DNA of 49,440 nt from an uncultured Flavobacteriaceae bacterium (GTDB lineage: Bacteria > Bacteroidota > Bacteroidia > Flavobacteriales > Flavobacteriaceae). The DNA lies in NCBI GenBank assembly GCA_964388165.1, contig CAYLZB010000001.1, positions 1-49,440 on the forward strand, written 5' to 3'. Position 1 is the first letter of the stretch, and every line of letters begins with the position of its first letter. The translations under genes and the position numbers were made by a program. The notes below the pieces were generated by a model, which was not told where the DNA came from, did no database searches, and saw only the letters and a program-made list of their open reading frames with translations. Shown here in pieces: positions 1 through 8,109 of this stretch.

Positions 1-421
1 GGCCCAGCAAATCGTTGTTTAGTTTTTCCCAGTTGTCCAGCAAAGGCTTTATGAGTTTCAAATAAGCATCCTCATCCTCTCCCAGTTGTTCGGCAGTGGC
101 ATAAATATCTTTATAGCACGCATGAGCTGTACCATCTGTAAAAGGATGAGCATAAGCTACTTCGGGAAAGATCCATTCAAGTCCGTGATCCTTAAGGGGA
201 AGATCTCTGAAGAAAGGTGAGGCAAGTCCCAAAGGTAAAATAGCTGAACCCACATCATGTTTGAAGCCGGGAAGGGTGAGCTCCTGAGTCTTAGTAGCAC
301 CACCGGGAACAGATGACTGCTCAAAAATGGCAGTTTTCAATCCTTTTTGCTGTAACCTAATCGCGGCAGCTATTCCGTTACTTCCACATCCAATTACTAT
401 TGCATCATATTTTTTGGGCAT
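1..421 (-). CDS. FAD-dependent oxidoreductase, phytoene dehydrogenase-like family (5' part; runs off the window start)
   Basis: Hand translation from the ATG at 421: MPKKYDAIVIGCGSNGIAAAIRLQQKGLKTAIFEQSSVPGGATKTQELTLPGFKHDVGSA. GxGxxG dinucleotide motif and 'LPGFxHDxGS' signature. ATG overlaps the upstream stop (TAATG). Confidence 0.85.
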   Translation of the reverse strand, partial: MPKKYDAIVIGCGSNGIAAAIRLQQKGLKTAIFEQSSVPGGATKTQELTLPGFKHDVGSAILPLGLASPFFRDLPLKDHGLEWIFPEVAYAHPFTDGTAHACYKDIYATAEQLGEDEDAYLKLIKPLLDNWEKLNNDLLG

Positions 422-1290
422 TACGGTAGATCTTTTTCAAGGTCGAGGCTTTCGAGATATTCCTCAAAGCTGATATCTCCATGTTTTTCCCCGATCATAT
501 CATTAGTAGTCACAAATTTGAAATACTTAAGCTTGGCCGAAATATTGTCATCAACCAATTCCGGCAGGAACATTCCCCATTCGGCCACTTTTTCGGGAAC
601 AGGAACAACTTTTCCTCCAAGTTTATTGGCGATCATATCGGCCATTTCCCGGCGGGTATGTACAAGAGGGCCACCTACTTCGATGATGTCGGGACCTTCA
701 TTTAAGTACTTTAGAACAACCTTGGCCAGGTCTTTTTGGTGGATACTATTTGTTTTGGCCTTACCTTCTCCAATGATAGGAATGACTTTTCTTTTAGCCA
801 TTATGGCCAGGTCATTCAACCCGGAAAAGAAACCTACCGGCCTAATGATGGTATAATCCAGGCCTGAAGCCTGCAAGGCATCTTCTACCATTTTATGAGA
901 TTTGGCCACCTCATACTCCAGCGCTTTTTCAGCACCCTTAATGGAGACATAAATGAATCTCTTCACTTTATTCTTAATGGCGTCGTCAAGGATATTGGAA
1001 TTTGCGTAAAAATCATTTTCCATAAAAGATTTTCCGCGGTTAGTAAAGAGACTAACACTTTTACCCAGGGTCGAAATAACAATAGAGATGTCTTTCGTAA
1101 TGTCTTTGATGATCTCATTGCCTTCACTGGCATCGGCTCTCCAGACATCATCGGTAAGGCTTGAAACTTTTTCGGCTCCGTCTGCCGTATGAACCAGTGC
1201 CCGTACTTTTTTCCCTTGTTGATGAAGTAATTTGAGTACTTCCAGGCCAAGAGCTCCCGAAGCACCGGCCAATAAAATTTTCTCCTCCAT
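421..1290 (-). CDS. NAD(P)H-binding atypical SDR / NmrA-like protein
   Basis: N-terminal GASGALG Rossmann motif; 'YTIIRPVGFF' and 'NSIHQKDLA' motifs typical of atypical SDRs. Confidence 0.85.
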   Translation of the reverse strand: MEEKILLAGASGALGLEVLKLLHQQGKKVRALVHTADGAEKVSSLTDDVWRADASEGNEIIKDITKDISIVISTLGKSVSLFTNRGKSFMENDFYANSNILDDAIKNKVKRFIYVSIKGAEKALEYEVAKSHKMVEDALQASGLDYTIIRPVGFFSGLNDLAIMAKRKVIPIIGEGKAKTNSIHQKDLAKVVLKYLNEGPDIIEVGGPLVHTRREMADMIANKLGGKVVPVPEKVAEWGMFLPELVDDNISAKLKYFKFVTTNDMIGEKHGDISFEEYLESLDLEKDLP

Positions 1291-1364
1291 GATTATATCC
1301 TTTCTTCCTGAAATTACAGGAAATAATCTGAAGTAATTCGGGTTAAACGAGGATTAACAAAAAA

Positions 1365-1583
1365 TTAGAGGGCTGTATGCTCCATTTTTTCCCTTTGCAT
1401 TTCGTGCTTGCAGAAGATCTTTAGTTTTTCCTTGGCTTTGGTAACCGACAGGATCCTTCGGTGAGCACAGGTCACTTTTTCAGGTTTTCGGCTATTGATT
1501 AATTTTGAGAGGGCGGCTTTTTCTGAAGAATTCAACAAATCGAGATGAGGCTTCATCAATTTGTAGATCGTAATAACGTCCAT
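1365..1583 (-). CDS. Hypothetical small basic protein (72 aa from ATG 1583)
   Basis: Open frame in an otherwise empty gap, with a -7-like TATCTTTA upstream (~1623-1630, minus strand). No recognisable motif. Confidence 0.5.
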   Translation of the reverse strand: MDVITIYKLMKPHLDLLNSSEKAALSKLINSRKPEKVTCAHRRILSVTKAKEKLKIFCKHEMQREKMEHTAL

Positions 1584-1766
1584 GATTGAATTTTTTCTTA
1601 GCAACAGCTAATTAGTTCTACCTAAAGATAATAAAAATTGAGGAAAGGAAGAAAGAGAGGTTACTTTGCCGATCCTTTTAGATGAAGTTAGGGGAAAAAT
1701 CCAGGCAAACGAAAGTCACCCCTTCCAAAAAAGGGTAATTCGTTTTTCACTCTTTGAAGGTGTATG

Positions 1767-1910
1767 TTACTTGGCAATTTCCATTATGACCAATACGATC
1801 GCCAAAAGGGCGATAATAAAGATCATTCCAAGAACTATAGCAATAATTACCTTTTGGGTAGTGGAAAACTCAACTGTGTAGTTATTCCAGATGTTTGTTA
1901 AAACGCTCAT
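1767..1910 (-). CDS. Small single-pass membrane protein (47 aa), not in ORF track
   Basis: Hand translation MSVLTNIWNNYTVEFSTTQKVIIAIVLGMIFIIALLAIVLVIMEIAK; 24-residue uninterrupted hydrophobic stretch. Confidence 0.6.
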   Translation of the reverse strand: MSVLTNIWNNYTVEFSTTQKVIIAIVLGMIFIIALLAIVLVIMEIAK

Positions 1911-2160
1911 GATGTGATAGAGTTTTCAGTAATTTTAGACCATATTTAAAATTAAATCATTAAACTCCCATAATATACAAAATTTACTGATCTTCAACAA
2001 CTTCCGACTTTCTGAATCTGACTATCGCAGCTAAATTCCTGTTGATCGACCTTTTTCCAAATGTTCCCTGAAGATCTTTCTTACAAACTCTATTACATCT
2101 CTTTATGTTCCCATTGGCGGAATTATTAAAGTTTTAGCATGAATTGGATTATAGCTGCAG

Positions 2161-2168
2161 TATTTTTG
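2161..2168 (+). promoter_or_regulatory. Bacteroidota primary-sigma -7 element (TATTTTTG) for the MATE gene
   Basis: Exact TAnnTTTG match 7 bp before the ATG at 2176. Confidence 0.55.
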
Positions 2169-2175
2169 TGGCCAA

Positions 2176-3540
2176 ATGAAGCAAAAAAGGAAATATACTG
2201 AAGGTAAGATCTTCAGTTCCCTCTTTAATCTTGCCGTTCCCATTATCCTGGCCAATATTCTTCAAACGGCTTACCAGTTGATCGATACGTTTTGGTTGGG
2301 CCGTCTTGGTGCAAACGCAGTAGCTGCGGTGAGTATCAGCTTTCCCCTGTTGTTCCTGGTACTTTCCCTTGGATCGGGATTGACTTTAGCGGGTACGGTG
2401 CTGGTATCCCAATATTTTGGAGCCGAGGATCAAAAAAAGGTGGATTTTAATTCCTCCCAAACGATCTCGCTTATCTTCTTTATCTCCTTATTGCTTTCCG
2501 TTTTAAGTTATTTTTCTGCCGCCCCCTTAATGAGGCTTATTGGAGCCGGGCCGGAAATTCTGAATGATTCGGTAGAATACTTCCAGGTATCTTCAATAGG
2601 ATTTGTTTTCCTGTTCATGTTCTTTGCTTTTCAGTCTCTTATGCGTGGGATTGGAAATGTGATGTTACCTGTTTATATCGTGCTGTTCACGGTTTTTCTA
2701 AACTTGATCCTGGATCCTCTTTTCATCTATGGTTACGGTCCTGTGCCGGGTTATGGGGTGGCAGGAGCTGCAGTTGCCAGTATAATTACCCAGGCCATTT
2801 CTGCAGGAATAGGGCTATGGATACTTTTTAGAGGGAAAAGCGGGATAAAGATACACCTGGATCAAATGCGGCCGCACCTTTTCACTTTAAAGAGAATTGT
2901 GAACCTCGGGGTCCCGGCAAGTATAGAACAATCTACCAGGGCCCTGGGAATGACTTTTATGGTCGTACTGGTTACAGGCTTTGGAAGTGAGGTCGTAGCT
3001 GCTTACGGAATTGGAGCCAGGATCCTAAGTTTCATCGTTATTCCTGCACTTGGATTGGCAATTGCCACAACCTCCCTGGTAGGACAAAATATTGGAGCCA
3101 TCAAGATCAAAAGGGCCGAAAAAGTTGCTAATCTCAGCAGCCAAATTGCATTCTTCGGTCTTACAGGGATGGGATTGCTTATGTTCTTTTTTGCCGAACC
3201 CATTACAGCTTTCTTTATCCCTAATGATCCCGATGTCATTGAAGATGCTTCTCTTTTTATAAAGATAATGGCCCCCAGTTTCGGACTGTTAGGGGTGCAG
3301 CAGGTTTTGAACGGTGTTTTCAATGGTGCAGGATTTACCAAAGCCTCCATGCTCATCTCTATCCTTAACCTCTGGATCATAAGATTTCCGGTTGCCTTTG
3401 TTCTCTCCCACAGAACAGATCTAGGCTACGAGGGGATATGGTGGGCCTTTCCTATTTCAAATGCGATAGCGGCTTTCGCTGCATTTATTTATTTTAAACA
3501 AGGCTACTGGAAATTGAGAATTTTCCGCAGGAGAAAATAA
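2176..3540 (+). CDS. MATE family efflux transporter
   Basis: About 12 hydrophobic segments; 'LAVPIILANILQTAYQLIDTFWLGRLG', 'LNLILDPLFIYG..GVAGAAVAS' and 'LVGQNIGA' MATE motifs. Confidence 0.93.
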   Translation: MKQKRKYTEGKIFSSLFNLAVPIILANILQTAYQLIDTFWLGRLGANAVAAVSISFPLLFLVLSLGSGLTLAGTVLVSQYFGAEDQKKVDFNSSQTISLIFFISLLLSVLSYFSAAPLMRLIGAGPEILNDSVEYFQVSSIGFVFLFMFFAFQSLMRGIGNVMLPVYIVLFTVFLNLILDPLFIYGYGPVPGYGVAGAAVASIITQAISAGIGLWILFRGKSGIKIHLDQMRPHLFTLKRIVNLGVPASIEQSTRALGMTFMVVLVTGFGSEVVAAYGIGARILSFIVIPALGLAIATTSLVGQNIGAIKIKRAEKVANLSSQIAFFGLTGMGLLMFFFAEPITAFFIPNDPDVIEDASLFIKIMAPSFGLLGVQQVLNGVFNGAGFTKASMLISILNLWIIRFPVAFVLSHRTDLGYEGIWWAFPISNAIAAFAAFIYFKQGYWKLRIFRRRK

Positions 3541-3655
3541 CCACAACCTCTGATTCACAAGAGCTTAACAAAAAATTTTTTTTGCTGTTAAAACTCTTTC
3601 TCTAAAGTCTCAAAAATGGGAATTTAGAGAGATCATTAACGAAAAAAATATAACC

Positions 3656-3943
3656 ATGGCAAAATCAGATTCTAAGACCACAAAAGATCACAACACTATA
3701 AAAAATTGGACTGAAGCCAGGGATGGTAAACCTGCCGTAGTTGAAAGTACTTCAAAGAGCAGTAAAGGCGGCGGACTTTTACGCATCAATTTCCCCGGCT
3801 ATGCAGAAGACAATCTAAAAAATATTTCCTGGGAGGAATTTTTCAGGATCTTTGATGAAAACAATCTGCAGTTCTTATACCAGGAAGAAACGAAAGACGG
3901 TGGTGAAAGCCGATTTTTCAAATTCGTAGGTGACGACGAATAG
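3656..3943 (+). CDS. Conserved small hypothetical protein (95 aa)
   Basis: 'TTKDHNTIKNWTEARDGKPA...LRINFPG...ISWEEFFRIFDENNLQFLYQE...SRFFKFV' resembles a widespread uncharacterised family; A-rich leader and downstream terminator. Confidence 0.8.
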   Translation: MAKSDSKTTKDHNTIKNWTEARDGKPAVVESTSKSSKGGGLLRINFPGYAEDNLKNISWEEFFRIFDENNLQFLYQEETKDGGESRFFKFVGDDE

Positions 3944-3962
3944 TCATTTTATTAACCATTCT

Positions 3963-4001
3963 AAAATGAAAAAGGCTGTCATATGACAGCCTTTCATTTT
4001 T
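3963..4001. terminator. Bidirectional intrinsic terminator
   Basis: Perfect palindrome AAAGGCTGTCAT/ATGACAGCCTTT (3971-3994) with A/T tracts, between convergent ORFs. Confidence 0.75.
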
Positions 4002-4013
4002 ATCGTCCAATAA

Positions 4014-4121
4014 TTATGTTCTGTTTTTCTTCTTAGCAGCTTTTGCAGCACGCTTCTCTTTCAGGCTCAGCACAGCTTCTTTCTTGGCTGAGTTCTTTGA
4101 TGGTGATTTTTCCTTTGGCAT
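4014..4121 (-). CDS. Small Lys/Ala-rich basic protein (35 aa), not in ORF track
   Basis: Hand translation MPKEKSPSKNSAKKEAVLSLKEKRAAKAAKKKNRT; ends just before the 3971-3994 hairpin. Confidence 0.65.
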   Translation of the reverse strand: MPKEKSPSKNSAKKEAVLSLKEKRAAKAAKKKNRT

Positions 4122-4216
4122 CTTTTAAAGAATTGATTTCGATATAAATGTAGTAAAAGAGATAAAGCAAAAAACCAGTCAGAAGAAATTTTTCTTTTAC
4201 AAAAAGAACAAAAAAA

Positions 4217-4247
4217 TACCTGCCAAAAATGTCATTTTTGACAGGTA
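4217..4247 (-). terminator. Intrinsic terminator of lpdA containing the shared CAAAAATGTCATTTTTG core
   Basis: TACCTGCCAAAAATGTCATTTTTGACAGGTA hairpin followed by a T tract on the minus strand. Confidence 0.75.
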
Positions 4248-4274
4248 ATTTTTGATAATTAGTTCAGGTAGCTA

Positions 4275-5681
4275 CTACATATGGATCGGCCTGTTGTCGG
4301 TCGCTGCGAGGGCAGCTTCCTTAACGGCTTCAGCGTATGTTGGGTGAGCGTGACTCATCCTGGAAATATCTTCAGCCGAAGCGCGGAATTCCATTGCGGT
4401 CACCGCTTCAGCAATAAGATCGGCTACACGGGCACCGATCATATGTACTCCCAGCACTTCATCTGTAGCTTCATCGGAAAGGATCTTGACCAATCCATCA
4501 ATATCTCCACTGGCTCTTGATCTTCCAAGGGCACGCATTGGGAACTTTCCTTCTTTATATTTAATTCCTTCTTCCTTAAGTTGCTCTTCGGTCTTACCAA
4601 CTCCCGCAACTTCAGGCCAGGTATAAACTACCCCGGGAATAAGGTTGTAATTGATGTGCGGCTTTTGTCCCGCGATAACTTCAGCTACAAGAGTTCCTTC
4701 TTCCGAAGCTTTGTGTGCCAACATTGGACCTTTGATCACATCTCCGATCGCGTAAATGTTCTTTGTAGAAGTCTGCAAGTGTTCATTTACTTCTATCCTT
4801 CCGCGGTCGTCGATCTTGACTCCTGCAGCATCGGCATTAAGACCTTCGGTGTAAGGTTTCCTACCCACAGAGACCAGACAGTAATCCCCTGTAAATTCTA
4901 CGTCTTTATCTTTTTTATCCTTGGCTTTTACTATAACCTCGTCCCCATTTCTTTCTACCGCATTCACCTTATGTGAAACGTAGAATTTCATTCCCTGCTT
5001 CTTAAGGCTTTTGGTCAACTCCTTTGCCAAAGCAGAATCCATTGTAGGAATAATGCTGTCCATGTACTCAACAACAGAAACCTTGGCTCCAAGCCTCATG
5101 TAAACCTGTCCAAGCTCAAGACCAATGACACCACCACCAATAACTACCATGTGTTTAGGAATCTCCTTGAGCTCCAAAGCTTCGGTAGAAGTGATGATCC
5201 TCTCTTTATCAAGGTTGATGAAAGGCAGGTTTGCCGGTTTTGAACCTGTTGCGATTATGATATTCTTTGCCTCAAGGGTCTCAGTTCCACCATCAGACTT
5301 CTTGATGTCGATATGAGTTGCATCCTTAAAAGAGGCCACACCTTCAAAAACTTCTATTTTATTCTTGTTCATGAGGAACTTGATCCCATCTACGGTTTGA
5401 TTTACCACAGAACGCTTTCTCTCGATCATTTTCTCCAGGTTCACTTTTACCTCACCCGGAATTTCGATCCCGTGTTCTTCAAAATGCTTTATGGCATCAT
5501 CATAGTGGTGTGAAGAATCAAGTAAGGCTTTACTGGGAATACAGCCTACATTTAAACAAGTTCCTCCAAGGCTGGAGTATTTTTCTATAAGTGCGGTTTT
5601 CATTCCCAGTTGGGCGCAGCGAATCGCAGCCACATACCCTCCGGGGCCTGAACCTATAACAGCAACATCATATTTGCTCAT
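4275..5681 (-). CDS. lpdA: Dihydrolipoyl dehydrogenase (E3)
   Basis: GSGPGGYVAA, redox disulfide GGTCLNVGCIPSK, GGGVIGLE, C-terminal HAHPTYAE. Confidence 0.98.
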   Translation of the reverse strand: MSKYDVAVIGSGPGGYVAAIRCAQLGMKTALIEKYSSLGGTCLNVGCIPSKALLDSSHHYDDAIKHFEEHGIEIPGEVKVNLEKMIERKRSVVNQTVDGIKFLMNKNKIEVFEGVASFKDATHIDIKKSDGGTETLEAKNIIIATGSKPANLPFINLDKERIITSTEALELKEIPKHMVVIGGGVIGLELGQVYMRLGAKVSVVEYMDSIIPTMDSALAKELTKSLKKQGMKFYVSHKVNAVERNGDEVIVKAKDKKDKDVEFTGDYCLVSVGRKPYTEGLNADAAGVKIDDRGRIEVNEHLQTSTKNIYAIGDVIKGPMLAHKASEEGTLVAEVIAGQKPHINYNLIPGVVYTWPEVAGVGKTEEQLKEEGIKYKEGKFPMRALGRSRASGDIDGLVKILSDEATDEVLGVHMIGARVADLIAEAVTAMEFRASAEDISRMSHAHPTYAEAVKEAALAATDNRPIHM

Positions 5682-5715
5682 AAATAAATTTTTTGTTGAA
5701 TTTTTATAAGAGTAA

Positions 5716-5723
5716 CAAAAGTA
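5716..5723 (-). promoter_or_regulatory. -7 element (TACTTTTG) for lpdA
   Basis: Exact TAnnTTTG on the minus strand 34 bp upstream of the start. Confidence 0.6.
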
Positions 5724-5747
5724 CGACTATAAATGACATTTGAAAAA

Positions 5748-5768
5748 AGTAGTGAGTAGTGAGTATTC
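5748..5768. repeat. Heptamer tandem repeat AGTAGTG x2 + AGTATTC
   Basis: Read directly from the sequence. Confidence 0.6.
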
Positions 5769-5775
5769 GAAACTC

Positions 5776-6546
5776 CTACTGAATGATCATGTTGGTTTTA
5801 TCCAGTCCCGAATTTCCTGTTTTTGGGTCAAATGCGTAAACAGCAACTTCATAGTTTCCAGGCGGGAGGCTAATATTTCCTCTGAACGTACTCGGTTTCT
5901 CCTGAATTTGAAGATCGATATTTTGCACAGTTTTTCCTTCTTTGGATATAATAGCTTTTACCTCATATTCATCAGCATTCCAGACTCCGCCGCTGGTCAG
6001 AGGGCAACCACACATCATCACTACATTTGCGGTAATGTCCACAATTTTATCTGAAGATATCCTCTCATGAGTTTGTGGTGAAAGTATATCCACTACAAAA
6101 CCCGGTACCTCGAGGACCACGCCGTCTCCTGTAATATTTTTTCCGGGAATCACCCATAATTGGGTACTGGAGGTGATCCTTGCCTGCCTTTGGTTTACCG
6201 GAGCAATGACTTCTACAGTCACAAAAGTAGGTTTATTGATATCCAATTGCGCCAGGAAACCTGCAGTATCTTCATCTGTCAATTGTTCTCCGCGAATGAT
6301 CGGATCTTTAACAATTTTATCGGTATCTCCTGTGCTGCCTTCGGTAATTCCTTCAGCCAGTATTTCTCCCGTCGTCCCATCCTTTACCAGGACTCTGGCT
6401 CCGCCAATGGAAGTGCCGATGAATTTAGCATCTTTACTTTTTGCGCGGATCATCACATCTGTGGTTTGACCGAAAAGATTTTCAGAAAATGAGATTATGA
6501 GGAACATTAAAATGCCCCTGGAAACTGAGGATAGAGTAATTCTCAT
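5776..6546 (-). CDS. Exported hypothetical protein with MMCGCP motif
   Basis: Signal-peptide-like N-terminus ending 'LFG-Q'; beta-strand-rich pattern; 'NVVMMCGCPL'. Confidence 0.8.
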   Translation of the reverse strand: MRITLSSVSRGILMFLIISFSENLFGQTTDVMIRAKSKDAKFIGTSIGGARVLVKDGTTGEILAEGITEGSTGDTDKIVKDPIIRGEQLTDEDTAGFLAQLDINKPTFVTVEVIAPVNQRQARITSSTQLWVIPGKNITGDGVVLEVPGFVVDILSPQTHERISSDKIVDITANVVMMCGCPLTSGGVWNADEYEVKAIISKEGKTVQNIDLQIQEKPSTFRGNISLPPGNYEVAVYAFDPKTGNSGLDKTNMIIQ

Positions 6547-6653
6547 AGCTAAGGATTTAGAATATCCAATCTACGGAAAATTGAGCATATCCGGAAGGCG
6601 GTGGAAGTCAAAAGCCAGGGCTTCTGTACGGTGAAGAAAGCATTAGATGTGTT

Positions 6654-8012
6654 TTACCCTTTGACATAAACTGTTTTCTTGTTTACGAACTCCATAATTC
6701 CTTCTTTGGAAAGCTCACGCCCGTATCCTGAACGCTTTGTTCCTCCAAACGGTAAACGTGGATCAGATTTTACCAGCTCGTTGATGAAATAAGCACCATC
6801 GCTCACCCGGTGAGCCAGTTCAACAGCTTTTGTTGTGTTTTTTGTAAATACGGTAGTTCCCAGTCCATATTTGGAATTCTCTGCGAGTTCAAAAGCCTCT
6901 TCGATAGTCTTTGCTTTTATCACTGCCGCCAACGGGCCAAAGGTCTCTTCGTCAAACGCCGCCATTCCCGGCTTGACATTTCCTAAAATTGTGGGTTCAT
7001 GATAGCAGTTATCCTGATTACCCCCAAGCAGTATTTCGGCGCCCTGGGCAACCGACTCCTTCACCTGACGATTTAGCTGATCTGCAAGGTCTTTACGAGC
7101 TAAAGGTCCTACCTGTGTCGCCGAGTCCAATGTATCCCCAGATTTAAGTTTGCTCACAGCATCTGTAAATTTGGATACAAATTCATCATAGATCCCTTCC
7201 AAAAGAATAAATCTTTTTGCGGCAATACAACTTTGCCCGCAATTAAGCATCCGGGCTGAAACAGCCGTTTTTACTGCCTGGTCTATGTCTGCGTCCTCCC
7301 AGACTATAAAGGAATTATTCCCACCCAGTTCGAGTAGGCTCTTCTTAATGTATTTCCCTGCAAGTGTTGCAACAGCAGATCCTGCCATCTCACTTCCTGT
7401 GAGTGTTACTGCTTTTACAGCTTCATGAGCTATGATCTTTTCGGTTTCATCATGGTGAACGATCAGATTCTGAAAAACTCCTTCAGGAAATCCGGCTTTG
7501 GTAAAAACTTCTTCGATCATTTTAGCACAGCCAAAAACATTGGGGGCATGTTTCAATAAGCCTGTGTTCCCCGCTGTTAACGTAGGAGCAGCAAACCTGA
7601 AGACCTGCCAAAAAGGGAAATTCCAGGGCATGATGGCAAATACGGCACCCATGGGATCATTTCTTACAAAACTTTGCCTGGCATCTGTTGCGATCTCTTC
7701 CTGCCGTAGGAAAGATTCGGCATTCTCGGCATAATAATCACATACCCATGCACATTTGTTAATTTCAGCTCTTGATTCGCTGATTGGCTTTCCCATTTCC
7801 AGAGTGATCATCTGGGCATATTCTTCCACATTATCCCTCAAAATTTGTCCTGCTTTTTGAATAAGCGTGGTACGATGAGTCAGGGGTTCCCGGCTCCAGG
7901 ACTTGAAAGCCTCCCCGGCTTTGTTTAGGATAGTATCAGTTTGATCTGGGGTATGTGCAGTGTAACGACCTACCTGCTCTCCGTTGTACGGATTTATGCT
8001 GTGGAATTCCAT
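6654..8012 (-). CDS. gabD: NAD(P)-dependent succinate-semialdehyde dehydrogenase (GabD/Sad-type aldehyde dehydrogenase)
   Basis: IMPWNFPFWQVFRFAAP, LELGG, catalytic GQSCIAAKR, EETFGP, LPFGGTKRSGYGRELS. Start set at MEFHSINP (8012) because the upstream extension is a heptamer repeat. Confidence 0.88.
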   Translation of the reverse strand: MEFHSINPYNGEQVGRYTAHTPDQTDTILNKAGEAFKSWSREPLTHRTTLIQKAGQILRDNVEEYAQMITLEMGKPISESRAEINKCAWVCDYYAENAESFLRQEEIATDARQSFVRNDPMGAVFAIMPWNFPFWQVFRFAAPTLTAGNTGLLKHAPNVFGCAKMIEEVFTKAGFPEGVFQNLIVHHDETEKIIAHEAVKAVTLTGSEMAGSAVATLAGKYIKKSLLELGGNNSFIVWEDADIDQAVKTAVSARMLNCGQSCIAAKRFILLEGIYDEFVSKFTDAVSKLKSGDTLDSATQVGPLARKDLADQLNRQVKESVAQGAEILLGGNQDNCYHEPTILGNVKPGMAAFDEETFGPLAAVIKAKTIEEAFELAENSKYGLGTTVFTKNTTKAVELAHRVSDGAYFINELVKSDPRLPFGGTKRSGYGRELSKEGIMEFVNKKTVYVKG

Positions 8013-8052
8013 GTGTGAGTATTGAGATGTGAGTATTATGTATTGAGAATTA
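8011..8052. repeat. Degenerate heptamer tandem repeat (six units, consensus AGTATTG)
   Basis: ATGTGTG AGTATTG AGATGTG AGTATTA TGTATTG AGAATTA. Confidence 0.6.
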
Positions 8053-8094
8053 AAAAAGGGATAAATAAGCAATTTCTGCTGTCATTTATCCCTT
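8052..8094 (-). terminator. Terminator-like hairpin between the C45 gene and gabD
   Basis: AAGGGATAAAT (8056-8066) / ATTTATCCCTT (8084-8094), followed by a T run on the minus strand. Confidence 0.6.
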
Positions 8095-8109
8095 CCTTAA
8101 TCTGTAGTT

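Noticed and set aside
1666-1881. 71-aa plus-strand ORF
   Set aside because: Overlaps the better-supported 47-aa membrane sORF on the minus strand; TTG start and no motif.
4275-5681. lpdA as part of the GABA cluster (the shunt bypasses 2-oxoglutarate dehydrogenase)
   Set aside because: lpdA has its own exact -7 element and terminator; the proximity is probably incidental.
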